From: Ottowia sp.
GTDB lineage: Bacteria; Pseudomonadota; Gammaproteobacteria; Burkholderiales; Burkholderiaceae_C
NCBI RefSeq assembly: GCF_047975795.1
Contig: NZ_JBKEEE010000028.1
Location: 17,372 to 81,371, forward strand
DNA: 64,000 nucleotides
Direction: 5' to 3'
Both the position numbers and the translations under genes were made by a program. The notes beneath the pieces are model-generated. The model saw only the letters and a program-made list of their open reading frames with translations. It had not been told where the DNA came from and did no database searches. Positions 14,125-24,547 of the stretch are shown here, piece by piece. Every line of letters begins with the position of its first letter. Position 1 is the stretch's first letter.

Positions 14125-15300
14125 TCAGTTTTCTCCCTGGGTGGTTTGCATCAACTGCACAAACCTGTCGAACAAGTAGCCAATATCGTGCGGGCCGGGC
14201 GATGCCTCGGGGTGGCCCTGAAAGCAGAACGCGGGTTTGTCCACATAAGCCAGCCCTTGCAGCGTGCCGTCAAACAGGCTGACGTGGGTGGCGCGCACGT
14301 TGGCGGGCAGCGTTTTTTCATCCACGGCAAAGCCGTGGTTCTGGCTGGTGATCGACACGCGGCCACTGTCCAGGTCTTTCACCGGATGATTGGCACCGTG
14401 GTGGCCAAATTTCATCTTGAAGGTTTGAGCGCCTGCGGCCAGCGCCATGATCTGATGACCCAGGCAGATGCCAAACACGGGCAAGCCGCTGTCGATCAAG
14501 GTGCGGGCTGCCGCAATGGCGTAGTCACAAGGCTCGGGATCGCCCGGGCCGTTGGACAAAAACACGCCGTCAGGCGTGTGCTTGAGCACCTCCGCCGCGG
14601 GCGTTTGCGCAGGCACCACAGTGACTTTGCAACCCCGTTCGGCCAGCATGCGCAAGATGTTGTGCTTGACGCCAAAGTCATAGGCCACCACATGAAACCT
14701 GGGCGCTTCTTGGCTGCCGTAGCCGGTGCCCAATTGCCATTCGGTCTGCGTCCATGCATAGGGCTGTGGCACGCTCACCACCTTGGCCAGATCCAGCCCC
14801 ACCATCAAAGGCGCGGCGCGGGCCGCAGACAAAGCCGCGTCTATATGCGCCTGCGTCACCGCCTCACCTTCGGCCAGGCCCACAATGGCACCGTTTTGCG
14901 CGCCCTGGGTGCGCAAAATGCGGGTCAACCGACGGGTGTCGATATCCGCAATGGCGGTGGTTTGGGATGCCTTGAGGTAGTCACTCAGCGTCTGCTGGCT
15001 GCGGAAATTACTTTGCAGCAGCGGCAGGTCTTTGACGATCAGGCCTGCCGCCTGCACCTTGGCCGACTCCACGTCTTCATCATTGATGCCGTAATTGCCG
15101 ATATGCGGGTACGTCAGGGTGACGATTTGCTGGCAATAGCTGGGGTCGGTCAGGATTTCCTGATAGCCCGTCATCGAGGTGTTGAACACCACCTCGCCAA
15201 CGGTGGTGCCTACAGCGCCAATCGACTGGCCAATAAAGACGCTGCCGTCGGCGAGGGCCAGGATGGCGGGCGGGAATTTCCCCTCGAGAGACGAAAGCAC
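14125..15300 (-). CDS. carA: Carbamoyl-phosphate synthase small subunit
   Basis: [44 protein letters not shown] start with GGAGA RBS. Confidence 0.98.
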   Translation of the reverse strand: MLSSLEGKFPPAILALADGSVFIGQSIGAVGTTVGEVVFNTSMTGYQEILTDPSYCQQIVTLTYPHIGNYGINDEDVESAKVQAAGLIVKDLPLLQSNFRSQQTLSDYLKASQTTAIADIDTRRLTRILRTQGAQNGAIVGLAEGEAVTQAHIDAALSAARAAPLMVGLDLAKVVSVPQPYAWTQTEWQLGTGYGSQEAPRFHVVAYDFGVKHNILRMLAERGCKVTVVPAQTPAAEVLKHTPDGVFLSNGPGDPEPCDYAIAAARTLIDSGLPVFGICLGHQIMALAAGAQTFKMKFGHHGANHPVKDLDSGRVSITSQNHGFAVDEKTLPANVRATHVSLFDGTLQGLAYVDKPAFCFQGHPEASPGPHDIGYLFDRFVQLMQTTQGEN

Positions 15301-15322
15301 AGGGTTCTCCGGTTTGGTTTCG

Positions 15323-15407
15323 GTCGCCCGTGCGCGCAAATCCGCAACTAGCAAGTCGCGAGCGGCGGTTTGAAGAAGAAATGTGCTTCGGCTGCGGTCA
15401 GGGCGAC
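15323..15407 (-). ncRNA. Structured carA 5' leader (candidate carA motif)
   Basis: Nested pairs GTCGCCC/GGGCGAC and CCGCAGC/GTTGCGG just upstream of RBS; TATACT -10 at 15435-15430. Confidence 0.6.
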
Positions 15408-15657
15408 GCGGTTGCGAGAAAAGCCGCTAAGTATAACCGTCAGCCACACCGAGATGAACGCCGAAACCGCCTCTAACAGGTGCCCTGCGTGCACTGCGCC
15501 CGTGCCGTGCCCGGCTTCTCGCATCAAGCCCATCGCCTACACTCTCTCGGCACCGCATTAATGCAAAGAATCAATATGAACCGAGAACTCTTCATCGCAC
15601 TGGTTGGGTTGTCGATAACGATGGACGCATGCATCATCACCTGCACTGACTCACACC

Positions 15658-16533
15658 ATGTCTGAAGGCGCAAAATTTCGCCGCGACATCACGCAATGGT
15701 TGCTCCATCAAGGATTTCTCGCCTCCAACCGGACAGCGCCGTTTTCTTCTGAAGAAGGCGAATGCTTTGACCGCCCTTCAAGCCGCTGCCCCTATCTGAT
15801 CGAATGCGTTGATATCGACCTTTGTGAACAAAGTGGTGAAGACGAAGCCAGCTTCTACGAGGTCAGCCTCTACCTTGCGGTCACCAGCGGTTATGACGCA
15901 CCGGCCTGGCTTTTACGCGAATTGCCGTTTGCACTTTATGAGACGTGGCCGTCGCTGCGGCTGACCGATGCGCCTCTCGCCCGCTTCGGCGCTGATGACG
16001 CTTGCAAGTTGGCCCATTCGCTTTCCAGTGCTGCGTTGCCCGCACTTTCTGTATGGGCCGATCTTAAGCGGCTTTACGACTTTTACCGCTACATTGGCGC
16101 TTACAGCAAACCCAACGACCCCGCCAACAGCGACTTTCTCGCGCTGAACATCCGTCCTTCACAAAAACTCTTGCGTTTTCCCCAGGTCATCATGGCGCTG
16201 GCTGGTGCTATGGGTAATCTGCCTCAGGCCAAACGATTTTTGCGTGCTTGTGGCGTCATTGAGGGCGAATATCGTGAGCTGAACTTTGAGGAAATTCCTC
16301 TTTCTGCTGCTGAGCTTCAGGAATTGATGCTTCAGGGGCTGACCTTTGCCGACCTATCAAAAACGTACGCCCGCACGGTTTTGCGCTGGACGCAGGTCGC
16401 GCAGAAAGATTTGTCTGCGGGTGTTTTTCGGCTGCGCACAGCCGAGGACGTCATCAAGGGCAGCACCCTAAATTACCTGGATGGGTACGTTTTAATTTCG
16501 GCAAATGCGTTGAATCCCCCACAAGCGTCGTAG
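15658..16533 (+). CDS. Hypothetical protein (291 aa ORFan)
   Basis: Only long ORF in the interval; T-rich atypical codons; no motif recognised with confidence. Confidence 0.75.
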   Translation: MSEGAKFRRDITQWLLHQGFLASNRTAPFSSEEGECFDRPSSRCPYLIECVDIDLCEQSGEDEASFYEVSLYLAVTSGYDAPAWLLRELPFALYETWPSLRLTDAPLARFGADDACKLAHSLSSAALPALSVWADLKRLYDFYRYIGAYSKPNDPANSDFLALNIRPSQKLLRFPQVIMALAGAMGNLPQAKRFLRACGVIEGEYRELNFEEIPLSAAELQELMLQGLTFADLSKTYARTVLRWTQVAQKDLSAGVFRLRTAEDVIKGSTLNYLDGYVLISANALNPPQAS

Positions 16534-16559
16534 CCACAAAATTCACCACGCTTTCTCTG

Positions 16560-17414
16560 CTATCCGCCTTGCCCTGCGGCGCTGGCATGCAGGCAAACAG
16601 CCGCAGCGGCAGCCACATTAAGCGACTCTTGCCCTCCCGGCTGGGTGATGCGCACACGCAAGGTGGCCTGGGCTTCGATTTCGGGCGACACGCCCTGCCC
16701 TTCGTGCCCCATGACCCAGGCACAAGGCCAGGGCAAGGAGGTGCGGTGCAGCAATTGGCCTTGGTGCGAGCTGGTCACCAGCAGCGGTATTTGCAGTGCG
16801 TTCAGATCGGCGGGCACCAGCCCCTCGATCAGGTGCAGGCCAAAGTGCGCGCCCATGCCTGCACGCAACACCTTGGGCGACCACAGCAGCGCCGTGCCTT
16901 GCAAGGCCAGCACCTGCGCAAAGCCAAAGGCGGCGGCGCTGCGCAAAATAGAGCCGACGTTGCCCGCGTCTTGCACACGATCGAGCAACACTGTGGGTGC
17001 ATGGGCTTGTAGGGATGGCGCAGGCGGCGTATCCAGCACAAACGCCATCGGTGCAGACGATGGCAATTCGCTGATGTGAGCCATCAGCGCATCGCTAACA
17101 ACGATGTTTTTGAGCGCTGCTTGCGCAAGCTCGCTTTGCGCCAAAGGCCCAAACGATTCAGAAAAAACCGCCATCTGCGGGCGCTGACCACGGGCCAGTG
17201 CGGCGCGGCACAGGTGATCGCCCTCGACCCAGATGCGGCCTTGCTTGCGCCATGCATGGCTGTCTTGCGCCAACCGCTTGAGATCTTTCACCAGCGCGTT
17301 GTCGCGCGAAGTGATGTGGACCACCCCCAGGCCCCACTCGCTGCGCGATGTTTCTCCCCTCCCCTGCAAGGGATCCTCCCCACTGGCCTGGGAAACCCCG
17401 ACCACGGGGGTCAT
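16560..17414 (-). CDS. TrmH/SpoU-family RNA 2'-O-methyltransferase (start uncertain: 17495, 17414 or ~17324)
   Basis: ITSRDN, VEGDHL, LDRVQDAGNVGSILRSA, GHEGQG, ESLNVAAAAA. Confidence 0.93.
   Translation of the reverse strand: MTPVVGVSQASGEDPLQGRGETSRSEWGLGVVHITSRDNALVKDLKRLAQDSHAWRKQGRIWVEGDHLCRAALARGQRPQMAVFSESFGPLAQSELAQAALKNIVVSDALMAHISELPSSAPMAFVLDTPPAPSLQAHAPTVLLDRVQDAGNVGSILRSAAAFGFAQVLALQGTALLWSPKVLRAGMGAHFGLHLIEGLVPADLNALQIPLLVTSSHQGQLLHRTSLPWPCAWVMGHEGQGVSPEIEAQATLRVRITQPGGQESLNVAAAAAVCLHASAAGQGG
17101..17154 (+). repeat. Fixed-spacing 54-bp motif inside the trmH-family gene
   Basis: ACGAT GTTTTTG AGCGCT GCTT GCGC AAGCTCGCTTT GCGC CAAA GGCC CAAAC. Confidence 0.75.
17322..17410 (+). 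repeat. GC-rich multi-hairpin element at the trmH 5' end, open in frame
   Basis: CACCCCCAGGC..TCGCtgcGCGA..CCCTGCAAGGG..CCCCACTGG-CCTGGGAAACCCCG-ACCACGGGGG; layout resembles a Comamonadaceae dispersed repeat recalled from memory. Confidence 0.55.
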
Positions 17415-17491
17415 GGTCTGGCCTGCGCCGCGACTTGGAGCGTCTGTGGACTTTGGGGATTGCCGTTGACGCAGGTTTTGACGGCGCGCGG

Positions 17492-18127
17492 TCATGGTGC
17501 CGCCCCCTTTGCGGCCAGCAGCGCCGCCACCGGGCCAAACGTGCGCCGGTGGTGCTCGCACGGCCCGTGCCCACGCAGCGCCGCCAGGTGCGCCGCTGTG
17601 CCGTAGCCTTTGTGCGTCGCAAAACCGTACTGCGGCCAAGCGGCACCCACTTCTGCGCACCAGCGGTCACGGTGCACCTTGGCGAGGATGGAGGCGGCGG
17701 ATATCTCAGCCACCTTGGCATCACCGCCCACCACGGCCTCGGCACGCACGGCCAACTTGGGCAGGCGGTTGCCATCGACCAGCACCAAAGCCGGTGGCAG
17801 GCGCAGCCCGGCCACCGCGCGCTGCATGGCCAGCAGCGTGGCCTGCAAAATGTTGAGTTGGTCGATCTCTTGCACCGATGCCTCAGCCACCGAGCAGCAC
17901 AGGGCCTTGGCACGAATCTGGTCGTACAGCTTCTCGCGCCGCAAGGCGGTGAGTTTTTTGGAATCTGCCAGTCCGGCGATGGGTTGGCGTGGATCAAGAA
18001 TGACCGCCGCAGCCACCACAGGGCCAGCCAGCGGGCCACGGCCTGCCTCGTCGACGCCCGCCAGCAGGCCGGGCACGTCCCAGTTCAAACGGGTTTGCTC
18101 AACGCTCGAGTAAGGCTTGGATCGCAT
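17492..18127 (-). CDS. rnhB: Ribonuclease HII
   Basis: [40 protein letters not shown]. Confidence 0.97.
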   Translation of the reverse strand: MRSKPYSSVEQTRLNWDVPGLLAGVDEAGRGPLAGPVVAAAVILDPRQPIAGLADSKKLTALRREKLYDQIRAKALCCSVAEASVQEIDQLNILQATLLAMQRAVAGLRLPPALVLVDGNRLPKLAVRAEAVVGGDAKVAEISAASILAKVHRDRWCAEVGAAWPQYGFATHKGYGTAAHLAALRGHGPCEHHRRTFGPVAALLAAKGAAP

Positions 18128-19301
18128 CGGTGGCTAAGCGCGCGGTGTCGCGCTGAAGTTCGTGGTGCAGCGCGGTAAAGCGCGCTTGCGCAGCCGTTAT
18201 TTTCTCAGGCGCGTCCAGCCAGCCCAGCACGGCCTGGGCCAGCGCCTGGGGCGTGGCGGCGTCTTGCAGCAGCTCGGGCACGACAAAAGGTGCATCTTTG
18301 CGGTCAGACATCTGGTGGCCCGTCAGGTGGGCTGGGCGGTGCAGCCATTCGCGCGGTGCGCACAAAATATTGGGCAAACCAACCCAGGGCAACTGGCGCT
18401 TGGCAAACATCAGCCTGAAGCTGAGCGCAGGCATGGCGTAGGCCACCACCATGGGGCGCTTGAACAGCGCAGCTTCCAGCGTGGCGGTGCCACTGGCGAT
18501 CAGCGTCACATCGCACGCAGCCAATGCGGTGTGCGACTGTCCGGCCAGCACCTGCACCGCATCACCCAAACTGCTGGCACGGGCCAATGTCTGCACTTGC
18601 GGCAGCAGATAAGGCACGGCGGGAACTATGAATTTAATAGCTGGCTGTGCTTTCTGGATCTGCGCTGCCGCCTGAAAAAATCTCGGACCAAGGTGTTTGA
18701 CTTCAGCCGCGCGACTGCCCGGTAACAAAGCCACCACGGTGTCGCCGTCTTGCAAGCCTAAAGCGCGCCGCGCAGCGACCCGATCAGGCATCAGGGGGAT
18801 GGCGCTGGCCAGCGGATGTCCCACATAAGTGGCAGCGATGCCTGCACCCGCCAGCAGATCCGGCTCAAACGGGAACAGGCACAGCACATGATCGGCCGCC
18901 GTCTTGAGCTTGCGCAGTTTTTCCGAGCGCCAGGCCCAGAACGAGGGGCTGACGAAATGCAGCGTTTTGACTCCTGCGCTTTTCAGGCGCGCTTCGAGGT
19001 CAAAGTTGAAGTCCGGGGCATCCACGCCAATGAACAAGTCAGGTCGCTGGGTGAGCAGGCGATCACCCAACTGGCGGCGAATGCGCAGCAACTCAGGCAG
19101 GCGCGGTAGCACCTCCAGATAGCCACGTACAGACAGCTTTTCGACCGGCCACCAGGGCTGAAAGCCCTGCTCCACCATGTGCGCCCCGCCAATACCCACC
19201 GCCGACAGTTCCGGCCAGCGGCTGCGCATGTCTGCCAGCAAATGCCCGGCCAGCAAATCGCCAGAGGCTTCGCCAGCCACCAGGGCAAAACGTTGCGTCA
19301 C
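18099..19301 (-). CDS. lpxB: Lipid-A-disaccharide synthase (start GTG 19301 or TTG 19328)
   Basis: [40 protein letters not shown]. Confidence 0.96.
   Translation of the reverse strand: MTQRFALVAGEASGDLLAGHLLADMRSRWPELSAVGIGGAHMVEQGFQPWWPVEKLSVRGYLEVLPRLPELLRIRRQLGDRLLTQRPDLFIGVDAPDFNFDLEARLKSAGVKTLHFVSPSFWAWRSEKLRKLKTAADHVLCLFPFEPDLLAGAGIAATYVGHPLASAIPLMPDRVAARRALGLQDGDTVVALLPGSRAAEVKHLGPRFFQAAAQIQKAQPAIKFIVPAVPYLLPQVQTLARASSLGDAVQVLAGQSHTALAACDVTLIASGTATLEAALFKRPMVVAYAMPALSFRLMFAKRQLPWVGLPNILCAPREWLHRPAHLTGHQMSDRKDAPFVVPELLQDAATPQALAQAVLGWLDAPEKITAAQARFTALHHELQRDTARLATDAIQALLER
18625..18678 (+). repeat. Fixed-spacing 54-bp motif inside lpxB
   Basis: ACTAT GAATTTA ATAGCT GGCT GTGC TTTCTGGATCT GCGC TGCC GCCT GAAAA. 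Confidence 0.8.
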
Positions 19302-19317
19302 AGGGTTTGACTGGGCG

Positions 19318-20112
19318 CTAGCGGACAATGCCGCGCGCCGCAGTGGACAGAAACGTTTGCATCAGGGCGATATCGGCATCAGCCTCGGCCACTTCGCCAC
19401 GCAGGGCGTCGATTTGCTGGCTGGCGGCTTCCAGCGTCAGGCCCTTGCGGTACAGCAGTCGGTACATCTGCTTGATCAAGGTGATGCGCTCGGCCGAATA
19501 GCCGCGCCGACGCAGTCCTTCGGCGTTGATGCTTTGTGCTTCGGCTGGGTTGCCGCCCGCCGTGACGAACGGTGGCAAGTCCTGCGTCAAACGGGTCTGA
19601 AAAGCTGCCATGGCGTGCGCGCCCACGCGCACAAACTGGTGCACGCCGGTCAAGCCGCCCAAAAAAGCCCAGTCACCCAAATGCACATGGCCCGCCAGTT
19701 GCACAGCGTTGGCCAAAATGGTGTGGCAGCCGATGCGGCAGTCGTGCGCAATATGCACATACGCCATGATCCAGTTGTCGTCGCCCAGCCGGGTGACGCC
19801 TTCGTCTTGCGCCGTGCCAGTGTTGATGGTGACGAACTCACGCACCGTGTTGCCGTTGCCGATTTCAAGCCGCGTCGGCTCGCCTGCGTATTTCTTGTCC
19901 TGCGGGGCCGCGCCAATGCTGGCGAACTGGAAGATGCAGTTGTCTTCGCCGATGGTGGTGTGCCCGTCGATCACGCAGTGGGGACCAATCTGGGTGCCGC
20001 GCCCGATGCGCACATGCGGCCCCACCACGGCAAAGGGGCCGACGCTGACGCTGGAATCGATCTGCGCCGCAGGATCGACCAGCGCCTTGGGGTGAATCAA
20101 GGGCGCTGCCAC
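19318..20112 (-). CDS. lpxA: UDP-N-acetylglucosamine acyltransferase
   Basis: Hexapeptide repeats, [31 protein letters not shown]. Confidence 0.97.
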   Translation of the reverse strand: MAAPLIHPKALVDPAAQIDSSVSVGPFAVVGPHVRIGRGTQIGPHCVIDGHTTIGEDNCIFQFASIGAAPQDKKYAGEPTRLEIGNGNTVREFVTINTGTAQDEGVTRLGDDNWIMAYVHIAHDCRIGCHTILANAVQLAGHVHLGDWAFLGGLTGVHQFVRVGAHAMAAFQTRLTQDLPPFVTAGGNPAEAQSINAEGLRRRGYSAERITLIKQMYRLLYRKGLTLEAASQQIDALRGEVAEADADIALMQTFLSTAARGIVR

Positions 20113-20113
20113 C

Positions 20114-20557
20114 TCACACCACGCGGCGCATGGTGCACATGATTTCGGCTTCGCTGGCCAGCTCGCCATCGACCTCTGAGCGCGCCTGGAACTTGTAGAT
20201 GCCGCCACGCACGCGGTCCATGGTAGCGTGCATGATCAACTGATCGCCCGGTTCGACCGGGCGCTTGAAGCGCGCGCCATCAATGCCGACAAAATAAAAC
20301 ACCGAATCATCACCCAACGACATGCCGGTGACTTCAAACGACAACAAGGCGCAGGTTTGCGCCATGGCCTCAAGCATCAGCACGCCGGGAAACACCGGCC
20401 GGGTTGGGAAATGGCCAGTAAAACATGGCTCGTTGTAAGTGATGTTTTTGACCGCGCGTATGGTCTTGGCGTCAATATCCAGATCCAGCACACGATCCAC
20501 CAGTAAAAAGGGATAGCGGTGCGGCAGCTTGGTCAGGATGTGGTGGATGTCCATCAT
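20114..20557 (-). CDS. fabZ: 3-hydroxyacyl-ACP dehydratase
   Basis: [31 protein letters not shown]. Confidence 0.97.
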   Translation of the reverse strand: MMDIHHILTKLPHRYPFLLVDRVLDLDIDAKTIRAVKNITYNEPCFTGHFPTRPVFPGVLMLEAMAQTCALLSFEVTGMSLGDDSVFYFVGIDGARFKRPVEPGDQLIMHATMDRVRGGIYKFQARSEVDGELASEAEIMCTMRRVV

Positions 20558-20621
20558 GGCGATGATTTGCTTCTATTCTGGTCGCTGTTGATGCCCCTGC
20601 ACTGGCGGCAAACGTGTGATT

Positions 20622-21611
20622 TTATGCCACGTCGTCGTTGCGCGGAAGCAGGCGCTCCAGCCGCTTGACCCGGTCACGCAAAGCATGAAGGTGCCGCAGC
20701 GTAGCGGCGTTCTTCTCCCACGTGCGGTGGTCAGTGGTGGGGAAAAACCCGGTGTACTGCCCCGGTTTGTCTATGGAGTGCAGCACCACCGACGCGGCGG
20801 TGACGTGCACATGATCGGCAATGGTCAAATGACCGGCAATCATGCCTGCGCCGCCCACGGTGCAATAAGCGCCAATGTGCGCGCTGCCCGCAATGCCCAC
20901 GCATCCGGCCATGGCTGTGTGCTTGCCAATGTGACAGTTGTGGCCAATCTGGATCTGGTTGTCGAGCTTGACGCCGTCTTCAATCACCGTGTCGTCGAGC
21001 GCCCCACGGTCAACGCAGGTATTGGCACCAATTTCGACGTCATCGCCCAGACGCACCGCGCCCAGTTGTTCAATTTTCTCCCACATGCCGTCATGAGGCG
21101 CAAAGCCAAAACCATCGCCGCCGATCACTGCGCCGCTTTGGATCACACAGCGCGCACCGATGACGCAGCCATCGCCGACGGTCACACGGGGATGCAGTAC
21201 GGTGTCCGCCCCAATGCGCACGTTGCGGCCTACAAAGCACAAGGCTCCGATGCTGGCGCTGGAATCAATGACCGCACCGTCTTCAACGACTGCGCTGGGA
21301 TGAATGCCTGGGCGAGGCATATCCCCGTGCACACGCTTCCAAAGCTGGGTGACCTTGGCGAAGTAAAGGTGCGGGTTGTCCGCCACGATGCAGTCGCCTC
21401 GGCTGCGCGCGGCATCAGCCATAGGAGTGCCCACAATCACGCAACCTGCCTGGCTGCTGCCCAGCAGATGTGTCAGCTTGGGGTTGACGAGGTAGCTCAG
21501 ATCGGTGTCTGTCGCCCGCTCCAAAGAGGCCAGCCGCTCAATGACGCGATCAGCGTCGCCAAAAAGCTCTCCGCCCAACGACTCGACAATGTCACCTGCG
21601 CGCAGTGTCAT
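20622..21611 (-). CDS. lpxD: UDP-3-O-(3-hydroxyacyl)glucosamine N-acyltransferase
   Basis: [29 protein letters not shown]. Confidence 0.97.
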   Translation of the reverse strand: MTLRAGDIVESLGGELFGDADRVIERLASLERATDTDLSYLVNPKLTHLLGSSQAGCVIVGTPMADAARSRGDCIVADNPHLYFAKVTQLWKRVHGDMPRPGIHPSAVVEDGAVIDSSASIGALCFVGRNVRIGADTVLHPRVTVGDGCVIGARCVIQSGAVIGGDGFGFAPHDGMWEKIEQLGAVRLGDDVEIGANTCVDRGALDDTVIEDGVKLDNQIQIGHNCHIGKHTAMAGCVGIAGSAHIGAYCTVGGAGMIAGHLTIADHVHVTAASVVLHSIDKPGQYTGFFPTTDHRTWEKNAATLRHLHALRDRVKRLERLLPRNDDVA

Positions 21612-21664
21612 GGTCTTGCCCTCGCCCGCCGCTGCACACGGCATTGGTCAAACCCGTCTGGCAC

Positions 21665-22189
21665 TTATTTGCTGGCGTTAAGAGCCTTGAGCACCTTGTC
21701 GGTGATGTCCAGCCGGGGATTGATGTACACCGCCTCTTGCAGGATCACGTCGTACTTCTCGGCTTCAGCCACCTGTTTGACCACGCGGTTGGCGCGGTCA
21801 AGAATATGTTGCAGCTCTTCTTGCTTACGCGCGTTCAGGTCTTCCTGAAATTCGCGCCGCTTGCGCTGAAACTCGCGATCCTGATCCATCAACTGGCGCT
21901 GGCGCGTCACGCGCTGCGACTCGCTCATGGTCGGCGATTCACGTTCAAAGCGCTCTGATGCCGTTTTCAGCGCTGCACCCGCATCGTCGATTTCTTTTTC
22001 GCGCCGCGAGAATTCTTGCTCCAGCTTGGTTTGCGCCGTCTTGGCAGGATCTGCCTCACGCAACATGCGGTCGGTGTTCACAAAACCAATGCGAACTGCC
22101 GCCTCTTGCGCCCAAGCAGACGACCCCACCAACAGTGCAGTGCCTAGCACTGCTGCGCCTGAAATAGTGCGCCAAATCAACTGACTCAA
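21665..22189 (-). CDS. skp: OmpH/Skp periplasmic chaperone
   Basis: Signal peptide, IGFVN, coiled coil, DITDKVLKAL; between bamA and lpxD. Confidence 0.93.
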   Translation of the reverse strand: MSQLIWRTISGAAVLGTALLVGSSAWAQEAAVRIGFVNTDRMLREADPAKTAQTKLEQEFSRREKEIDDAGAALKTASERFERESPTMSESQRVTRQRQLMDQDREFQRKRREFQEDLNARKQEELQHILDRANRVVKQVAEAEKYDVILQEAVYINPRLDITDKVLKALNASK

Positions 22190-24483
22190 AATGATGTCCC
22201 AACTTGAAATTGCAACTTTTGAATTCTATCGCCAGGCTTCTTGCGCAGGGGAAATGCCAGCGCAAAGCGCAGTGGCCCCAATGGCGATATCCAGCTCATG
22301 CCGACGCCGGCCGAATAACGCAAGGCTTCGCTGTCAATGCTTTGCCCTTCGCCGTACAAGGCCCCAATGTCGAAAAAGCCAAACAACCGCAAGGTACGGT
22401 CATTGCCCGCACCTGGAAACGGCACCATCAATTCCGTATTGACCGTGAACTTGCGCGTGCCGCCGATAAAAGCCCCGGTCACGTCACGCGGCCCCAAAGT
22501 GCCTTGCTCATAACCGCGCACCGAACCCAGGCCGCCAGAGTAAAAGTTCTTGAATACCGGGAACGGTTGCCCGCTCAAACCTTTGCCCCAGCCCGCTTCG
22601 CCATTGAAGGCCAGTGTGTATTGCTTGCTCAGTGGCACAAACTGCTGGTACTGGTAATTGGCTTTGGCGTAGCGCGCATCGCCAAACAGGCTCAGCTCGC
22701 CCATCAAGCGCTGATAACGGCCATCCGTAGGGGCCAGCGCGCTGTCACGTGAGTCGCGCGACCAGCCCAAGGTGAACGGAAACCCGTAGCTGACATAGCC
22801 AAAGCGCTCGGCATACACCAGATATGCGGCAGGAATGGCCGTGCCTGGCTTGATGCGCGTGCGCTCAATGTTCATACCCAGATACACCCGATCCAGCTCG
22901 GTCACTGGCACGCCAAACTTCAAGCCCGTTCCGGCCGTCACCAGGGTGTAGTTCCCGCCTTGATCCTGATAAGGCTTTTGCGTACGGTAATACACGTCCA
23001 GCGTGCGCGACACGCCATTGATGGTGAAGTACGGGTCGGTGGCGCTGACCACCACCGTACGGTTGTACTTACCCGTGTTCAACTGCAAATCCAGCTTGTT
23101 GCCAGAGCCGAATACGTTCTCCTGCGACAGCCCGAAAGTGAACGACAGTTTTTCAGCCGACGAGTAGCCTGCGCCAATCGACACGTTGCCGGTCGGCTTT
23201 TCTTTCACGTCCACGTTCAGGTCCACCTGGTCTGGCGCACCCGGCACCTCGGCCGTGGACACCGACAGCTCGGTGAAGTAACCCAGACGGTCTACTCGGT
23301 CACGCGACAGACGAATCTTTTCGGCGTCATACCAGGACGATTCGTACTGGCGAAATTCACGGCGAATCACCTCATCGCGCGTGCGCGTGTTGCCCAGCAC
23401 ATTGATGCGCCGCACATACACACGGCGTGACGGATCAGAGCGCAGCACCATCGCCACGCGGTTGTTGGCCCGGTCTATCTCAGGCACCGTTTCCACCGAC
23501 GCAAAAGCAAAGCCGTAGTTGCCAAAATGGTCTGTGAACGCCTTGGTGGTTTCGGCCACCTGATCGGCGTTGTAGGCTTCGCCCGGCTTGATGGTGATGA
23601 GCGACTTGAACTCATCGTCTTTGTCCAGGTAATTGCCTTGCAGCGACACGCCAGAAACCACGAAGCGGTCACCCTCGGTGACGTTGATGGTCAGCGTGAT
23701 CGATTCTTTGTCGGGCGAAATGGCCACCTGGGTCGAATCGATCTTGAAGTCCAAATAGCCACGCGCCAGATAGTAAGAACGCAGCGTTTCCAGCGCCGCG
23801 TTCAGCTTGGAGCGCGAATACTGATCGCTTTTGGTGTACCAGGACAGCCAATTGCCGTCGTCCAGGTCAAACAGGTCTTTCAGATCAGATTCTGAAAACG
23901 CCTGGTTGCCAATGATTTCAATGTCTTTGATGCGCGCTGCCTGCCCTTCGGTGATGTTGAAGGTCAGGCGCACCTGGTTACGCTCCATCGGTGTGACTGT
24001 GGTCACCACCTCCGCGCCATACAAGCTGCGGTTGATGTACTGGCGTTTCAACTCTTGTTCGGCCCGATCGGCCAGCGCCCGGTCGTAAGGGCGGCCTGCG
24101 GCCAGACCAGCGTCGCGCAGCGCGCCTTGCAAAATTTCGTTGGTGAATTCCTTGTTGCCTGCAAACTCGACCGCCGCTACCGTCGGGCGCTCTTGCACCA
24201 CCACCACCAGCACATCGCCCGACACCTGCAGGCGCACATCAGTGAACACACCCAGGCTGTACAGCGCGCGAATGGCCGCCGCACCCTTGTCGTCGTTGTA
24301 AACCTCGCCCACGCGCACCGGCAGCGATGCAAACACGGTGCCAGGCTCCACCCGCTGCAAGCCTTCCACGCGGATGTCGCGCACCGTGAACGGGTCAACC
24401 GCCCAGGCCAGTTGCGACGCCAGTGCAAGCGACACCACAGAAGCCACAGTCCGCAAGCGGAATCGTTGTGCGATGGAAATCAT
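22186..24483 (-). CDS. bamA: Outer membrane protein assembly factor
   Basis: POTRA repeats (DIRVEGLQRV, GNTRTRDEVIRRE), SVRGY, SPLGPL, C-terminal GTSF. Confidence 0.97.
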   Translation of the reverse strand: MISIAQRFRLRTVASVVSLALASQLAWAVDPFTVRDIRVEGLQRVEPGTVFASLPVRVGEVYNDDKGAAAIRALYSLGVFTDVRLQVSGDVLVVVVQERPTVAAVEFAGNKEFTNEILQGALRDAGLAAGRPYDRALADRAEQELKRQYINRSLYGAEVVTTVTPMERNQVRLTFNITEGQAARIKDIEIIGNQAFSESDLKDLFDLDDGNWLSWYTKSDQYSRSKLNAALETLRSYYLARGYLDFKIDSTQVAISPDKESITLTINVTEGDRFVVSGVSLQGNYLDKDDEFKSLITIKPGEAYNADQVAETTKAFTDHFGNYGFAFASVETVPEIDRANNRVAMVLRSDPSRRVYVRRINVLGNTRTRDEVIRREFRQYESSWYDAEKIRLSRDRVDRLGYFTELSVSTAEVPGAPDQVDLNVDVKEKPTGNVSIGAGYSSAEKLSFTFGLSQENVFGSGNKLDLQLNTGKYNRTVVVSATDPYFTINGVSRTLDVYYRTQKPYQDQGGNYTLVTAGTGLKFGVPVTELDRVYLGMNIERTRIKPGTAIPAAYLVYAERFGYVSYGFPFTLGWSRDSRDSALAPTDGRYQRLMGELSLFGDARYAKANYQYQQFVPLSKQYTLAFNGEAGWGKGLSGQPFPVFKNFYSGGLGSVRGYEQGTLGPRDVTGAFIGGTRKFTVNTELMVPFPGAGNDRTLRLFGFFDIGALYGEGQSIDSEALRYSAGVGMSWISPLGPLRFALAFPLRKKPGDRIQKLQFQVGTSF

Positions 24484-24547
24484 GAATCGTGTGAGAGAGG
24501 TAGGACAGATGTGGCCGCAAGGGCCACCAAGAAAGACACGAAAAGCG

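Noticed and set aside
13204..15351. 715-aa plus-strand ORF
   Set aside because: Antisense shadow of carA and the two inserted genes; no recognisable motif. Long shadow ORFs are expected at high GC.
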